A stretch of DNA of 64,000 bases from Azolla caroliniana (lineage: Eukaryota; Plantae; Polypodiophyta), in the NCBI GenBank assembly GCA_043228905.1, contig JBHGNT010000009.1, forward strand, positions 17,112,001 to 17,176,000. The letters run 5' to 3'. The notes under the pieces were generated by a model, which saw only the letters and a list, made by a program, of their open reading frames with translations, was not told the DNA's origin and ran no database searches. Below are positions 23,203 to 35,836 of the stretch, one piece after another (position 1 is the stretch's first letter; the number at the start of each line of letters is the position of its first letter). Made by a program: the position numbers and the translations under genes.

Positions 23203-26200
23203 ATGGAAGGCGGCGGTAGTGGGCCTCCGGGCATGATGGTGTTGAACTCACAGAACTACGCCGATTGGAAGATAAAGATGGAAGACCTTCTCATCGTCCG
23301 AGACCTGTACGAACCGATCGACAATGCCGAGATACCCAAGGGAGTAATAGAGTTGGAGTGGAAGCTCCTGAACCGGAAAGCCGTAGCGACGATCCGGCAA
23401 TATGTCGATGTAAGCGTCCTACAACATGTGGCGAACGACACCAACGCATATGAGATGTGGAAGAAGCTGTCGGGCCTCTACGAGAGGAAGAATGCGTTGA
23501 ACCGGACCTCCCTGATGAGGAAGATAGTGAACCTCAAGTACCGGGACGGCGAGAATATGGTGGAACACGTAAGCACGTTCATGGGATTCGTGAATCAGCT
23601 TGCGGCGATCAAGTTCCCGTTGGAGGATGCAATGCAAGCCATCATCCTGATGTGTACATTGCCGGAAAGCTGGGAGAACTTGGTGGTGACTCTCAGCACC
23701 TCCTGCACCGAAGATAACTTGTCCTTACAAACGGTAAAGACAAGTATTTTGAACGAAGAAGCGCGTCGGAGAGATAAAGAACCGGCCTCCGACTCGAAGG
23801 CGCTGCTTACCGAATCGGATCGGGGAAGACAATGGAACCGGAGTCCGCAAAGACGGGAGAAGTCGGGGACCCGGTCGCAGTCAAGAGGAAGGCCCACATG
23901 CTTCCACTGTGGGAAGCCGGGGCACTTCCGAAAGAATTGTCGGCATTACCGAAAAGACAACGGAGCCGACGACACCGATTCGAAGAAGTCACCGGAGAGA
24001 AACGGTGCATACCGGGGAGCCACGGACCGGAGAGGTTCGGATCGGCGAGGGCAGGACCGGAAAGGAACGACGGCACTCGCGGCAAGTGAAGAAGAGATAA
24101 TGCTCATTACCGAAGAGAGGGAGCTGAACCTTGCCGGTGTAGAGATGACCTGGGTGGTCGATTCCGGAGCGTCGTTCCACCTGACCCCGGAGAAGAAATA
24201 CTTCTCATCCTACACAGCCGGTGAGCACGGCTGTGTCCGGATGGGAAATGAAGGCACATGCCGGATTGCCGGCATAGGAGACGTGTGGCTGATGACATCA
24301 ACCGGATGCAAGATGCTGCTGAAGGATGTTCGACACGTTCCGGAGGTCCGATTGAACCTGATCTCGGCCGGGAGGCTAGATGATGAAGGCTACACGGGTA
24401 GCATCCGGAATGGTGTCATGAAGTTCAGCAAGGGGAGCCTGATAGTGGCTCGGGCCCGGAAGGTCAACACACTGTACCTGATGAATTCCCGGCTATGTCC
24501 GGAGGAGCTGAACGTGGCAGCCGACACTGCCGGTGAGCTGTGGCACAAGAGACTGTGCCACATGAGTGAGAAGGGGATGAAGAGGCTTGCAGAAGACAAC
24601 CTTATTCCAGTGAAGCATGTGCACCTGGAGAAGTGCATCGACTGCCTGGCCGGTAAGCAAAACCGGATCTCCTTCCACTCAAGGCCACCGACGAGACGTA
24701 GCGCACCATTGGAGTTGGTGCACACTGACGTGTGTCAAGTAGAAACGAAGTCACATGGCGGAGCCCAGTACTTCGTGACATTCATTGATGACCACAGCCG
24801 GAAGCTGTGGACGGCACCGTTGAAGACAAAGGACCAAGTGCTGTGCGTCTTCAAAGAACTTCACGCGAGAGTGGAAAGGGAATCCGGCAAGAAGCTGAAA
24901 GCGATACGAGCGGATAACGGAGGGGAATACCGGGGGCAGTTCCAGGAGTACTGTCGCTCGAAGGGAATCCGGCTCGAGTTTACTGTGCCGAAGACGCCGG
25001 AACTGAACGGGCTGGCCGAGAGGATGAACCGGACCATAATGGAGAGGGTCCGGAGTATGCTGGCGCATGCGAAATTACCCAAGGGGTTTTGGGCTGAGGC
25101 AATGTCGACGGCGACATACGTGATAAACAGATCACCCTCAGTACCTTTGGACGGAGACACGCCGCAGAAAGTGTGGACCGGTAAGGAAGTGTCCTACCGG
25201 CATCTGAATGTGTTCGGGTGTCTCGCATACGTGCATGTGGCAAAGGACCGGAGAGGAAAGCTAGATCCAAAGACCCGGCCATGCATATTCCTCGGTTACG
25301 GCGACGATGAGTTCGGCTACCGAGTATGGGACCCGGTCGACAAGAAGATATTCAGGAGTCGAGACATCATCTTCATGGAGGACAAGACACTGGCCGACTG
25401 GGAGTCGGAGAAGAAGATGAAGAGCTCCAAGTCGACCGGTGAGGATCAACTCTACGAGGAGCAGTCCCGACCGGCAAGGGACCGGTTAGCACTCGAGGAT
25501 CCGGCCGAAGACGGTGAAGAAACAGAACCGGCCGAAGAAGATGAAAATGATACCGGAACCGGCCCCGATCCCGAAATGGATTCGGATGAAGAAGAATCGG
25601 AAGAACCGGTTACCGAAGCTCCCGAACGGAGATATCCTCTAAGAGAGAGGAGGGCCCCCCGGAGATTTCCGGATCCAGAGCACGTGCTGCTAACCGACGA
25701 GGGGGAGCCGGAGAGCTTTGAAGAAGCAAAGCATGACACCCAGAGCCGCAGGTGGTTGATTGCCATGCAGGACGAGATGGATTCCCTGCATGAGAACCAC
25801 ACATATGAACTTGTGGAGTTGCCGAAAGGAAAGCGGGCACTTCGAAACAAGTGGGTGTTCAAGCTGAAACCGGGAGATGCCGGAAACCCCCCGAGATACA
25901 AAGCCAGGATCGTGGTGAAGGGGTTTCAGCAGAAGAAGGGCGTCGACTTCGACGAGATATTTGCCCCGGTAGTGAAGATGACCTCCATCCGGACGGTGCT
26001 GAGCATAGCGGCAAGCATGGACCTCGAGGTAGAACAGATGGACGTGAAGACGGCATTCCTTCACGGTGACCTCGAAGAAGAGATCTACATGCAGCAACCG
26101 GAAGGATTCGAGAAGAAAGGGAAGGAACACCTGGTATGCCGGTTGAAGAAGAGCCTTTACGGACTGAAGCAGGCTCCCCGGCAATGGTACCGGAAATTCG

Positions 26201-27276
26201 ACTCCTTCATGACCGACGAAGGGTACCTCAAAACGCAGTCCGACCACTGCGTGTTTGTGAAGAAGTTCGAAGGAGGAGACTTCCTAATACTCCTCCTGTA
26301 CGTGGACGACATGTTGATCGTCGGACGGGACCAGGTCAAGATACGGATGCTGAAGAAGGCTCTTCACCGAACCTTCTCAATGAAGGACTTGGGTCCGGCG
26401 AGGCAAATACTAGGGATGCACATCATCCGGGACCGGAAGGAGAAGCAGTTGTGGCTGTCACAGGAGAAGTACGTGACGAAGGTGCTTCACCGGTTCAACA
26501 TGTCGGAAGCAAGACCGGTCGGATCGACCCTCCCGGCAAACTGCAAGCTGTCCAGAAAGCAAAGCCCCAAGACAAAGGCTGAAAAGGAGGATATGATGAA
26601 AGTGTCGTATGCCTCAGCCGTCGGGAGCTTGATGTACGCAATGGTGTGTACGAGACCGGACATAGGATATGCAGTCGGAGTGGTGAGCCGGTTCATGAGC
26701 AATCCCGGCAAAGAGCATTGGAACGCGGCCAAGTGGATACTCCGATACCTGAAAGGCACGGCAAACGTGTGCCTCCGATTCGGCTCCGGTAAGCCCGAAC
26801 TCGACGGCTTTACCGATTCGGATATGTCGGCTGATGCAGATACCAGCCGGTCCACATCAGGGTATGTGATGACGTATGCAGGGGGAGCTGTTTCGTGGCA
26901 ATCGAGGCTGCAGAAGACGGTTGCGTTGTCAACCACGGAGGCGGAGTACATGGCGGCTGGTGAAGCCGGCAAGGAAATGATATGGATGAAGGACTTCATT
27001 AGAGAGCTCGGTATCCGGCAGGAGGAGTACCGACTCTACTGCGACAGTCAGAGTGCCATCCACCTTGCGAAGAACGCGGCCTATCACTCCCGGACGAAGC
27101 ACATCCAGCGAAGATATCACTGGATCCGGGAAAGGATAGAAGACCAGGAGTTCGTGCTGACGAAGATCCACACGGACGAGAACGGCTCAGATATGCTGAC
27201 CAAAGTGCTCACACCCGACAAGCTGGAAGCATGCCGGAAGAGGCTCGGATTGGCGAGACATCCCATGCCGAAGTGA
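23203..27276 (+). CDS. Copia Gag-Pol polyprotein, 1357 aa (gag, Zn knuckle, PR, INT, RT, RNase H)
   Basis: First ATG after the PBS; CFHCGKPGHFRKNC, WVVDSGASFH, LWHKRLCH, VHTDV/FIDD/RADNGGEY/NGLAERMNRT, QMDVKTAFLHG, LLYVDD, GFTDSD, STTEAEY, TKHIQRRYH. Confidence 0.96.
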   Translation: MEGGGSGPPGMMVLNSQNYADWKIKMEDLLIVRDLYEPIDNAEIPKGVIELEWKLLNRKAVATIRQYVDVSVLQHVANDTNAYEMWKKLSGLYERKNALNRTSLMRKIVNLKYRDGENMVEHVSTFMGFVNQLAAIKFPLEDAMQAIILMCTLPESWENLVVTLSTSCTEDNLSLQTVKTSILNEEARRRDKEPASDSKALLTESDRGRQWNRSPQRREKSGTRSQSRGRPTCFHCGKPGHFRKNCRHYRKDNGADDTDSKKSPERNGAYRGATDRRGSDRRGQDRKGTTALAASEEEIMLITEERELNLAGVEMTWVVDSGASFHLTPEKKYFSSYTAGEHGCVRMGNEGTCRIAGIGDVWLMTSTGCKMLLKDVRHVPEVRLNLISAGRLDDEGYTGSIRNGVMKFSKGSLIVARARKVNTLYLMNSRLCPEELNVAADTAGELWHKRLCHMSEKGMKRLAEDNLIPVKHVHLEKCIDCLAGKQNRISFHSRPPTRRSAPLELVHTDVCQVETKSHGGAQYFVTFIDDHSRKLWTAPLKTKDQVLCVFKELHARVERESGKKLKAIRADNGGEYRGQFQEYCRSKGIRLEFTVPKTPELNGLAERMNRTIMERVRSMLAHAKLPKGFWAEAMSTATYVINRSPSVPLDGDTPQKVWTGKEVSYRHLNVFGCLAYVHVAKDRRGKLDPKTRPCIFLGYGDDEFGYRVWDPVDKKIFRSRDIIFMEDKTLADWESEKKMKSSKSTGEDQLYEEQSRPARDRLALEDPAEDGEETEPAEEDENDTGTGPDPEMDSDEEESEEPVTEAPERRYPLRERRAPRRFPDPEHVLLTDEGEPESFEEAKHDTQSRRWLIAMQDEMDSLHENHTYELVELPKGKRALRNKWVFKLKPGDAGNPPRYKARIVVKGFQQKKGVDFDEIFAPVVKMTSIRTVLSIAASMDLEVEQMDVKTAFLHGDLEEEIYMQQPEGFEKKGKEHLVCRLKKSLYGLKQAPRQWYRKFDSFMTDEGYLKTQSDHCVFVKKFEGGDFLILLLYVDDMLIVGRDQVKIRMLKKALHRTFSMKDLGPARQILGMHIIRDRKEKQLWLSQEKYVTKVLHRFNMSEARPVGSTLPANCKLSRKQSPKTKAEKEDMMKVSYASAVGSLMYAMVCTRPDIGYAVGVVSRFMSNPGKEHWNAAKWILRYLKGTANVCLRFGSGKPELDGFTDSDMSADADTSRSTSGYVMTYAGGAVSWQSRLQKTVALSTTEAEYMAAGEAGKEMIWMKDFIRELGIRQEEYRLYCDSQSAIHLAKNAAYHSRTKHIQRRYHWIRERIEDQEFVLTKIHTDENGSDMLTKVLTPDKLEACRKRLGLARHPMPK

Positions 27277-27286
27277 AGGGGGAGTT

Positions 27287-27644
27287 TGTTGGGATTTCGG
27301 TCCCTCCGGATGGGATGTCCGGAGATGAATGACGGCAAGCCCGGTTGCGGTTATGGAGCCGGATGATGAAGACCCCGGCTACGGAGCCGGATGATGAAGA
27401 CCCCGGCTACGGAGCCGGATGATGAATACCCCGGCTACGGAGCCGGATGCTGAAGACCCGGTTACGGAGCCGGATGACGAATGTACCCGGAGAGAGATCC
27501 GGATGCGGGGACATATTTGTGAATATGTTTGCCAAGAGCCCTTGAGGCTATATTTGTAAATAGCCCGAAAGTCATATGTGTATAAATATGACTTAGGGCA
27601 AACAGCTTATGTTGTTGCTCATTTTTTATGCGAAGTGAGAGCAG

Positions 27645-27675
<31 letters not shown>

Positions 27676-27941
27676 GAAGAGGTCGTTGCCTCTGTGTATT
27701 ACCGCCGCCTGTGGCGAAGACAGTGAGCTCAAGGTTGTTGCCTTGTAGCTTCACCAGTGTACATCCCTGTTCATAGTGATAGTTGGAGTTTGAGGACTCA
27801 CGTGGTTTTTCCCATTTAGGGTTTTCCACGTAAAACATCCAGTGTACCTTTTCTCTCTATTGTCCTCGTGCACTTTGTATTTCCCGTTTTCTGTGAGTTG
27901 ATCCTATTCCTCGGTTGTGGCCGAGCACTGTTTGTCCAACA
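27287..27941 (+). repeat. 3' LTR (655 bp), preceded by PPT GAAGGGGGAG
   Basis: Matches the 5' LTR except for three extra 28-bp units, (GA)14 and about 4 substitutions. Confidence 0.95.
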
Positions 27942-30900
27942 CGTTGCTGTCCATTTGAAAGGAGTACGGTGGACAACGACATGTAATGGTGTGGTGAAAT
28001 TCGCCAAATAGCATATCATCCGACTATGCCATCGGCTTTGTCCCAGAAACCGGCTGAGTGCTTTGGCATTTGTCGGTGTCTTTGCGTGATTAATCGCGGA
28101 GATTTTGTTTGGATCGATCGCTATCCCCTCCTTACTGACTAGGTGGCCGAGGAGGGCTCCACTAGTGATGCCGAAGGCGCATTTGGCGGGATTCAGCTTA
28201 AGCGTGAAGTTTGGCAACGCTCCAAGCAAAGCTCTAGATGCGTAAAATATTCGGCTGTTGTCCCATACACCACAAAATCATCTAAAAAGACTTGCATGAA
28301 GGTGGGTATATATTCCCCAAAAATCTCCTTGATTGTTCGCTAAAATGTAGCCGGTGCCATTTTTAGCCCGAACATCATGACGACCGCGACATAAACTCCC
28401 CAGTCCATGACAAACGCTGTCTTCTCTTGGTCGTCGAGGTCATGTTTACTTGATTGTACCCACTGAAGCCATCTAGAAAGCTGTACATACATGTCACGCC
28501 CTGCGACTACATCCAGTACGTTGTCGATGAAAGGTAAAGGGAACACGTCCGTAATGGTTACGACGTTCAATTTCCAGTAATCTACGCACACACGTATTTT
28601 TCCATTTTTCTTTGGTATGACTACTATCAGGCTTAGTCATGTAGCTTGCTTGACTGGTCGAATGAATCCGGCCTTGAGAAGTTTGTCAATTTCCTCTTTT
28701 ACGCGAGCCGCGTAATTTGGATTCATGCAGTATCGATGTTGCTGGACTAGTTTCGCATCGGTCGCTAAATTGATCTTATGTTGATAGAACTTCGGATCTA
28801 ATCCCTTCATGTCCTCGTGGGACCAAGCGAACACATCTTTATACTTCCTGAGCAGTGCTATCATCGCCTCTCTCTGATCCGGTAGTAACTCTTTTGCGAT
28901 GGAGAGGAATTAGGGGTTTGATACCGTACCTACGTTAACTTCTTCTAGGGCTGAGGCAGCGACTCGTCGTGAAATTTCCATTTCCTTCTCAAACGCCGCC
29001 TGTGCTCTGCTAATTCTAATATCAACTCTGGGTCTGGTTCATAAGCCTCGTCGTGAAGCGCAGTAGGCGTGGCGTAATCCGTTGCGCTTTCTATTACGTC
29101 GATTTCGAATAGCGGAATGATTCGGGAGTGCTCGTCGAGGTATGCTTCTAATTCTGTATCATTCACCTTGTCCAGCATATTTATATCTTCCGCGTATAAC
29201 AGTGTTATCCCCTTGGGTTGTGCTGCCATTTCCTCTGTCGGTACGCGAACCTTGGTGCGTCCTTGTCGAAAACTGATGCACTTATGTTGCCAACTCTGTT
29301 TGATATTCGCCGAATGAAGTCAAGGTCTGCCAAGCAGCATAGGATATGCTCCTGGGGCGTCGAGGGCGAGGACTACCGTTGAGATGTCGAAGCGATGTCC
29401 ACTGATGATGATGCCTAACTTTTGGGTTAAGCCTAAAGGCCTTACTGAGCGGGTATCCGCCATGCGAAGCCAAAATGGGCAAGCTTCCCATTCTGCAATT
29501 CCCAATTGTTCGCACACTAATTACATTGACGCTAGAGCCTCCGTCGATTAAGCATCCTGTGATTGCCTGACCTTGTAATACCAACTTAATAGCTGGATTG
29601 TGGTGATCCACTACCGTTGGTCCGTTGCTGGTGTCCGTAAAGTTGGCGGAGACGCTTGCCCTAGTTCTGGCCATTATGCGATCCTCTACGGCTTGGCGGA
29701 ACCGTGGAACTAGTTGAAGTAGCTTCTCCATGGTTAGTGTTAGTTCACAGCCTGCCAATGGTTGCCATATGGGATCCGGAAATAGGATGTCTTCCTCCGT
29801 ATTGGCTGCGTTCGCTTTTTCGACCCATGCTTGGGCCGTCTGACATATCTCATCTTGCACGGCCCAATCAACATTTTTCGTTTGTTGTCTTGTCATAACT
29901 TGCTGAACTTCCACCATAATCGTATTGACAGCGGGGCCCTTGCCCTTGCGGAGTGGACATTGAGTGGCATAATGTCCGGGATGTTGGCAAACGAAACAAT
30001 GGACGCTGGATTCGCCTTTCTTGGTAGCTAGTGGTGTGTTCTTCTCCCTAGGTGTGACTTGCTCCTCCTGGTCTTGGTTTATTCTTCTGAAATTCCGCAG
30101 TGGTTGTTGTTGGTCCCGATGCGGCTCCTGATGCCGGTCATCGTCTGAACTTTTGTCGTAATGCCATTGGTCCCTATACTGTTGATGTTTCCCACGAGGC
30201 CCATTGAAGCCACCACGTTTGTTCGCCGGTCGGTAGTTTTCGTAATGTCGTCCTCCTTTATTGTATCTGTGGTTGCCCCGGTAGTCTTCGTCCTCTGGCT
30301 CTTCTTCCCTGGAATTGTTGTTATTCGGCAATTCCGGTAGTGTCGGTCGTCGTGTGGATTCTGATCCGTATACCGGGGTCGCTCTTCTTGGCGCCTTTGA
30401 TCATTTCGGCGAGCTGGTGGCTGTGTGTCTACGCTTCGTATTGTGGGCGTAGGTCTGTTCAACATATTGTATTCAAACTGCTCGACCGTGTGTGCTTTCG
30501 AGTGACAAATTGGGCATTGGATTCACATGTTGCATTCCACTGCAGAATGCCCTGAATTGAGGCAAATTGTGCACTGGATTGCCTGACGAAAATGTCATTC
30601 CTTGTCCTGAGGTAACGCTTGTCGTAATGAGGACATGGAAAACCGTTCCTCTTCTTCGTCCAGCTTGAGCTGTAACGCCCGCTCTATGACCATATCGGCT
30701 GTTTCTCCTTTCACGCTATTGTGGTTGAGCGTCGTTTGAATAGGTCGTCGTAAGGCTGCTAGAAATGTCTCTCGAGCCTCGTCCTCTGTCGGGCCCCGTT
30801 CTAATTTCGACCGTACATTTTGTAAGCGTAAACTAAAGTCCGCGACAGTCTTGGCCGACAACTGTTTGATTATATAGAATTGCCAAGGATTTCGCGTTGC

Positions 30901-31420
30901 GGCACCCTTCGATGAAAGAGACGCAGAAAGGCCGACTGCAGCTAGTCGAAGGTCATGATTGCTGGCAGATCCATCTACGAATGCCAAAACGCAACTCTGT
31001 CATTTTGGACTAGTGCGTTACCTCTTCTGGAAGTCTCTGCGCCATGTGATTCGCATTCCAGACATTCAAGAACAGGCGAATGTGGGTTGCGGCGTCTGCT
31101 TCACCGTTGAAGCAGGGATAGGAGAAGGCCATGTTGGACGCTACGGCGGGCAGGGGAAGACCACAATACTTGTGTGGTGACGGAACTTCCTGTGTCTCGC
31201 TGGGGTATTTGGTGAGCGGAAAGTCGACTTTGTGGTCCCGACAAATATCATTGAGGTCACTGAGGCGAGGTTTTTGCCTTGTGCGTTCCTCTGCCTGGTG
31301 TGTGATGGACCTTGTGATTGGTCGGTCTTGTCATGTTGGTTCTCTGGGACGTCTATGGCTAAACATCCATTCGTCACTATTCGTCTGCGAGAAGACACAG
31401 ATCACCAGGCGTGCCAAACG

Positions 31421-31887
31421 TGTTACCGATTAGGAACACTGTCTACGGTTAGTCCTTTGACCTAGACCTCAAGGTGATTGTGTTGCAAGGAATGGTGCCG
31501 TCGTACCGTAATACGTAATGGGATACTTCCCCATATCCTAGTAGCGTATAAGGGAGACGGCTACAACCGAACTCCTTAGGAAGTGTACTAGTATCCGCAC
31601 TTATGCCTACACCTTTACAATTACAGTACACCATAGAGAACAAAGAACACAATAGATAAAACCACAGATATGCATAGAAATCAGAGAAGATAGTATTCTA
31701 TTAGAATAACGCTCTATGCACCAAAATTACACACTACCTCTTACATAGGATTTCTGCCCTTTATATACGCAGGGTCTTTTAGCCGTTCACGCTTCCCTCG
31801 TGAACCGTTACATGCGTTTCTTACGCTTTTACTATATTCTAATATTTCTACACTTCTGTCCGTCGGTTACTATTTCGGCGGACAACA
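31421..31887 (-). repeat. 5' LTR (467 bp) of the Athila/Tat-like element
   Basis: TG..CA ends; PBS 4 nt inside; copia coding sequence resumes at 31888. Confidence 0.8.
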
Positions 31888-34800
31888 CATACCCTAGGCA
31901 CACCCTTGAGGTGCCTTTTAAGTACCTGAGTATCCACTTCACCGCTGCCCAGTGTTCTCTTCCTGGATTACTCATCTATCGGCTTATTGCTCCCACAACA
32001 AATGCTATGTCTGGTCTCGTACAGACCATAGCATACATTAGACTGCTGATGACCGAGGCATATGGTACCTTCCTCATCTCGACCTTCTCCTTCTCCCTTT
32101 TTGGGCACTGCTTTGCATTCAACCTGCAATTTGTTGGCAACATCAAGCCGACTGGCTTTGCATCCGATTGAACCTTTCTAGGATCTTCGTCACATACTTT
32201 TGTTGTGACTACCATAGCACCTTTTGCGTTCTATCTCGAACTATGTGCATTCCTAAGATTTGTTTAGTTGGTCCAAGGTCTTTCATGGCAAATGACCAAC
32301 CTAGAGCTTTCTTCAAGCTTCCGATCTTCCTTTTGTCTTGACCGACTATCAACATGTCATTAACATATAACAAGAGAATCAAGAAGTCTCCTTCTTCGTA
32401 CCTTTTGACGAACACACAGTGATCGACCTATGTTTTCTGGAACCGGTGTTCCATCATGAAGGACTCGAACTACTTATACCATTGGCGTGGATCTTGTTTC
32501 AGACCGTACAAGCTTTTCTTCAGTCGACACACCAAGTTCTTTTTCTCTTTCTCCTCAAAGCCTTCGGGTTGCTGCATGTAGATTTCTTCTTCTAGCTCCC
32601 CGTGCAGGAATGTGGTTTTGACATCCAACTGTTCAATCTCCCGGTTCATACTGGCCGCTATACTCAGAACAATTCAAATGGATGTCATCTTCACAACTGG
32701 TGCGAATATTTCGTCGAAGTTGACGCCCTTTTTCTGTTGAAAACCCTTCACCACTATGCGGGCTTTATACCTAGGCTCATTGTCCGCTCCTCCAGACTTC
32801 ACCTTGTAGACCCAGTTATTCCTTAGTGCTCCCTTACCTTTCGGCAGCTCTACCAGGTTATAGGTGTAATTCTCGTGTAGGGATTCCATCTCACCTTGCA
32901 TCGCGCTCAGCCATTTCTCTCTATGCTCGTCGGTAATGGCTTCTTCATAGCACTTTGGTTCACCTTCATCAGTCAAGAGGATGTATTGACTGGCATATGT
33001 TGTTGGTGCTTTCCTTTCTCTGAGTGGGTATCTCCTTCCACTCGTTGTTGGCTCTCTTTCGGATGTCTCTGCCAACTCTTCTCTTCACTTAGGTTCTTGC
33101 ACGTCAATCGGCATCTCCAGGTTGGATGACTCCAACTCATACTCTTCAATTGACCTTAGCAGCTCTGCTGACTCTGACTCACAGTCGGTCGGTCTCTCCG
33201 AGTCGACCGACTCAGATTTGGTTGTGTCGACTGCCCGTCTCTAAATAGCTGACGTTGTCGTTTCACTTGACCTTAGATCGACGATAGTCGGGTTTGACTG
33301 GGGAGTCGTATCCGACTTCTGTTGCTTCCAGTCTTCAATCGTCTTATCTTCAAGAAAGACTATGTCTTGACTTCTCACTACCTTCTTGTCGACTAGGTCC
33401 CATAGCCTATAGCCGAACTCATCTTTCGAGTATCCCATGAATATGCATGCTTTCGAATTACTGTCAAGTTTTGACCTCTGATCCTTCGGTACATGCATAT
33501 ACCCCAAACATCTAAACACCCTCAGGTGTTGGTAGGAGACATCCTTCCCTATCCACACTCTCTATGGAACATCACCCTTTAATGGTACTGAGGGAGACCT
33601 GTTGATCAGATAAACAGTTGTGTACATCGCCTCAGCCCAATAGGATTTTGGTAGTTTCGCATGAGAGAGCATGCTCCTTACCCTCTCCATGATTGTTCGA
33701 TTCATCCTCTCTGCAAGCCCGTTCAACTCTAGGGTCTTTAGCACTGTGTATTTGATCCGAATACCTTGGCACTTGTAGTACTCCTCAAACTGCCCTCTAT
33801 ATTCGCCACCGTTGTCGATTCGAACAAGGTTTAGCTTCCAACCCGACTCTCATTCAATTTTAGCCTGGAACTCCTTGAAAACCGACAATACTTGATCCTT
33901 CGACTTCAGTACGAAGGCCCATGTCTTCCGACTATAGTTGTCGATGAACATCACAAAGTATTGTCCACCTCGATGCGATGGAGCATCTACATAGCACACA
34001 TCCGTGTGTACTAGTTCCAATGGCACTTCTCTTCTTCTCGGTGGTCTTACGTGGAATGTTGTTCTGTTTTGCTTTCCGACTAGACAATCGACGCACTTCT
34101 CCAGGTGCACACCCTTTACTTCTGGTAGAAGTTTCTGGTCGGTTAGCAGGTGCATTCCTTTTTCACTCATGTGGCCTAGCCTCTTATGCCATATCTCTCC
34201 TACCAAGTCAGTTGCCACATTTACTTCCGATTTGCATAGTCGGGCATGCATCATATATAATGTGCCTTCTTTCTGTGCTCGGGCCACTATAAGATTTCCT
34301 CGATAGAACTTCTACTTGCCATTTTGAAAGCTACCACTATAGCCTTCGTCATCTAACCTTCTAGTCAATATCAGATTCAATCTGATATCGGGGACGTGTC
34401 GAACATCCTTCAGAGTCAGTCGACACCCTATCAACGTCATCAAACAAACACTTCTGACTCCGGCTATCTTGCACTCTCCATTATCACTCATTTTCACATA
34501 ACCGTGATCTTCGGCTATGTAAGTCGACAAATACTCTCTCGACGGAGTTATGTGGAACGATGCCCCGGATTCGATCACCCAAGTGCATTTTTCACTTGCA
34601 AGATTTGCACTTGTTTGTTCACAAATGAACAATAGTTCTTCATTGCTTGTAGCAATGGCAGAAGTGTTCTTCTCATCAGGAATCTTCTTGAGTTCAACAT
34701 TGTTACTGACACCCTTGTCTTTTCTCATGTGTCAGCAGTCCTTCTAGAAGTGTCCAGGTTTACTACAGTAAAAGCAGACTAGCTTACCTCTGGACTTCGA

Positions 34801-35798
34801 TTTGGCTTGGGACTTTTCTCTCCTGGTGGACTTCTTTGTCGGTTCCTTCTTCTATCGGAATGTTGTGTTACATTCGACTCCGACTGGGACAGGACTCCCT
34901 TGTCCTTCCTCCTTGCCTCCTCATTTAGGATGCTTGTCTTTACGGTTTGTAAGGACAAGTTCTCTTCTTGACAAGAGGTGTTGAGAGTAACCAATAGGTT
35001 CTCCCAGCTATCCGACAGTGTGCACATCAACAGAATGGTCTGCATCGCATCATCTAGGGGAAACTTGGTTGCAGCAAGTTGATTCACATACCCCATGAAT
35101 GTGCTGATGTGTTCGACGATGCTCTCACCGTCCCTGTATTTCAGTCGTACTATCTTTCTCATCAGTGAGGTTTTATTGAGCGCGTTCTTCCTTTCATATC
35201 GACCCGACAACTTCTGCCACATCTCGTTCGCCACATGTTGCAAGACACTTACGTCGACGCATTGTTGGATGGTGGTCACCGCCTTTATGTTAAGAAGTTT
35301 CCAATACGACTCCAATACCCCCCTGGGTATATCTGCTCTGTCGATTGGCTCGTACAGGTCTTTGACTATGAGAAGGTCCTCCATCTTTATCTTCCAGTCT
35401 GCATAGTTATATGAGTTTAGAACTATCATGCCTGGGAAGCCGTTCACACCTCCTTCCCTGCTTGCACCTCAAGCTCTGATACCAAATTGTTGAGAATCAA
35501 TTCGTAAAACCACGAGATCAAACGATGCTGAAAAGAAAATACACAACACAGGCACACAATGACATAGTACACAGAGATTTACGTGGAAACCCTAAAACGG
35601 GAGAAAACCACGGGAGAGCAAAAACTTCACTATACATTGGATGTACAAGGCAAAGATTACAACACTCTGATTATGAGTGTATCACCCACATAGGGTTCTT
35701 GGCGTTTGCAGTTACGCACACAACTATGGCGCCACTCTTTTTCTCTTGTCTCTCTTACGCACACTTTTGTTATCATCACCTTACTATGTTTGCCCTAG

Positions 35799-35836
<38 letters not shown>

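Larger units (their letters stand above)
22599..27941 (+). mobile_element. Intact Ty1/copia retrotransposon (Tto1/Tnt1-like, Tork-type)
   Basis: LTRs 22599-23171 and 27287-27941; TSD CGTTG (22594-22598 and 27942-27946); PBS-Met; PPT; uninterrupted ORF. Confidence 0.97.
11565..31887 (-). mobile_element. Ty3/gypsy non-chromovirus (Athila/Tat-like), decayed; 3' end lost; hosts the insertions at 12103-19881 and 22599-27941
   Basis: 5' LTR 31421-31887 (TGTTACCGA...GGACAACA); PBS TGGCACGCCTGG 31405-31416; gag with CCHC knuckles (CFVCQHPGHYATQC); PR LIDGGSSVN; RT CVDYWKLN and FLDDF; RH FVDASDIAIG; INT WGLDFVGP, ISDHGSHF; extra ORF after INT. Confidence 0.85.
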
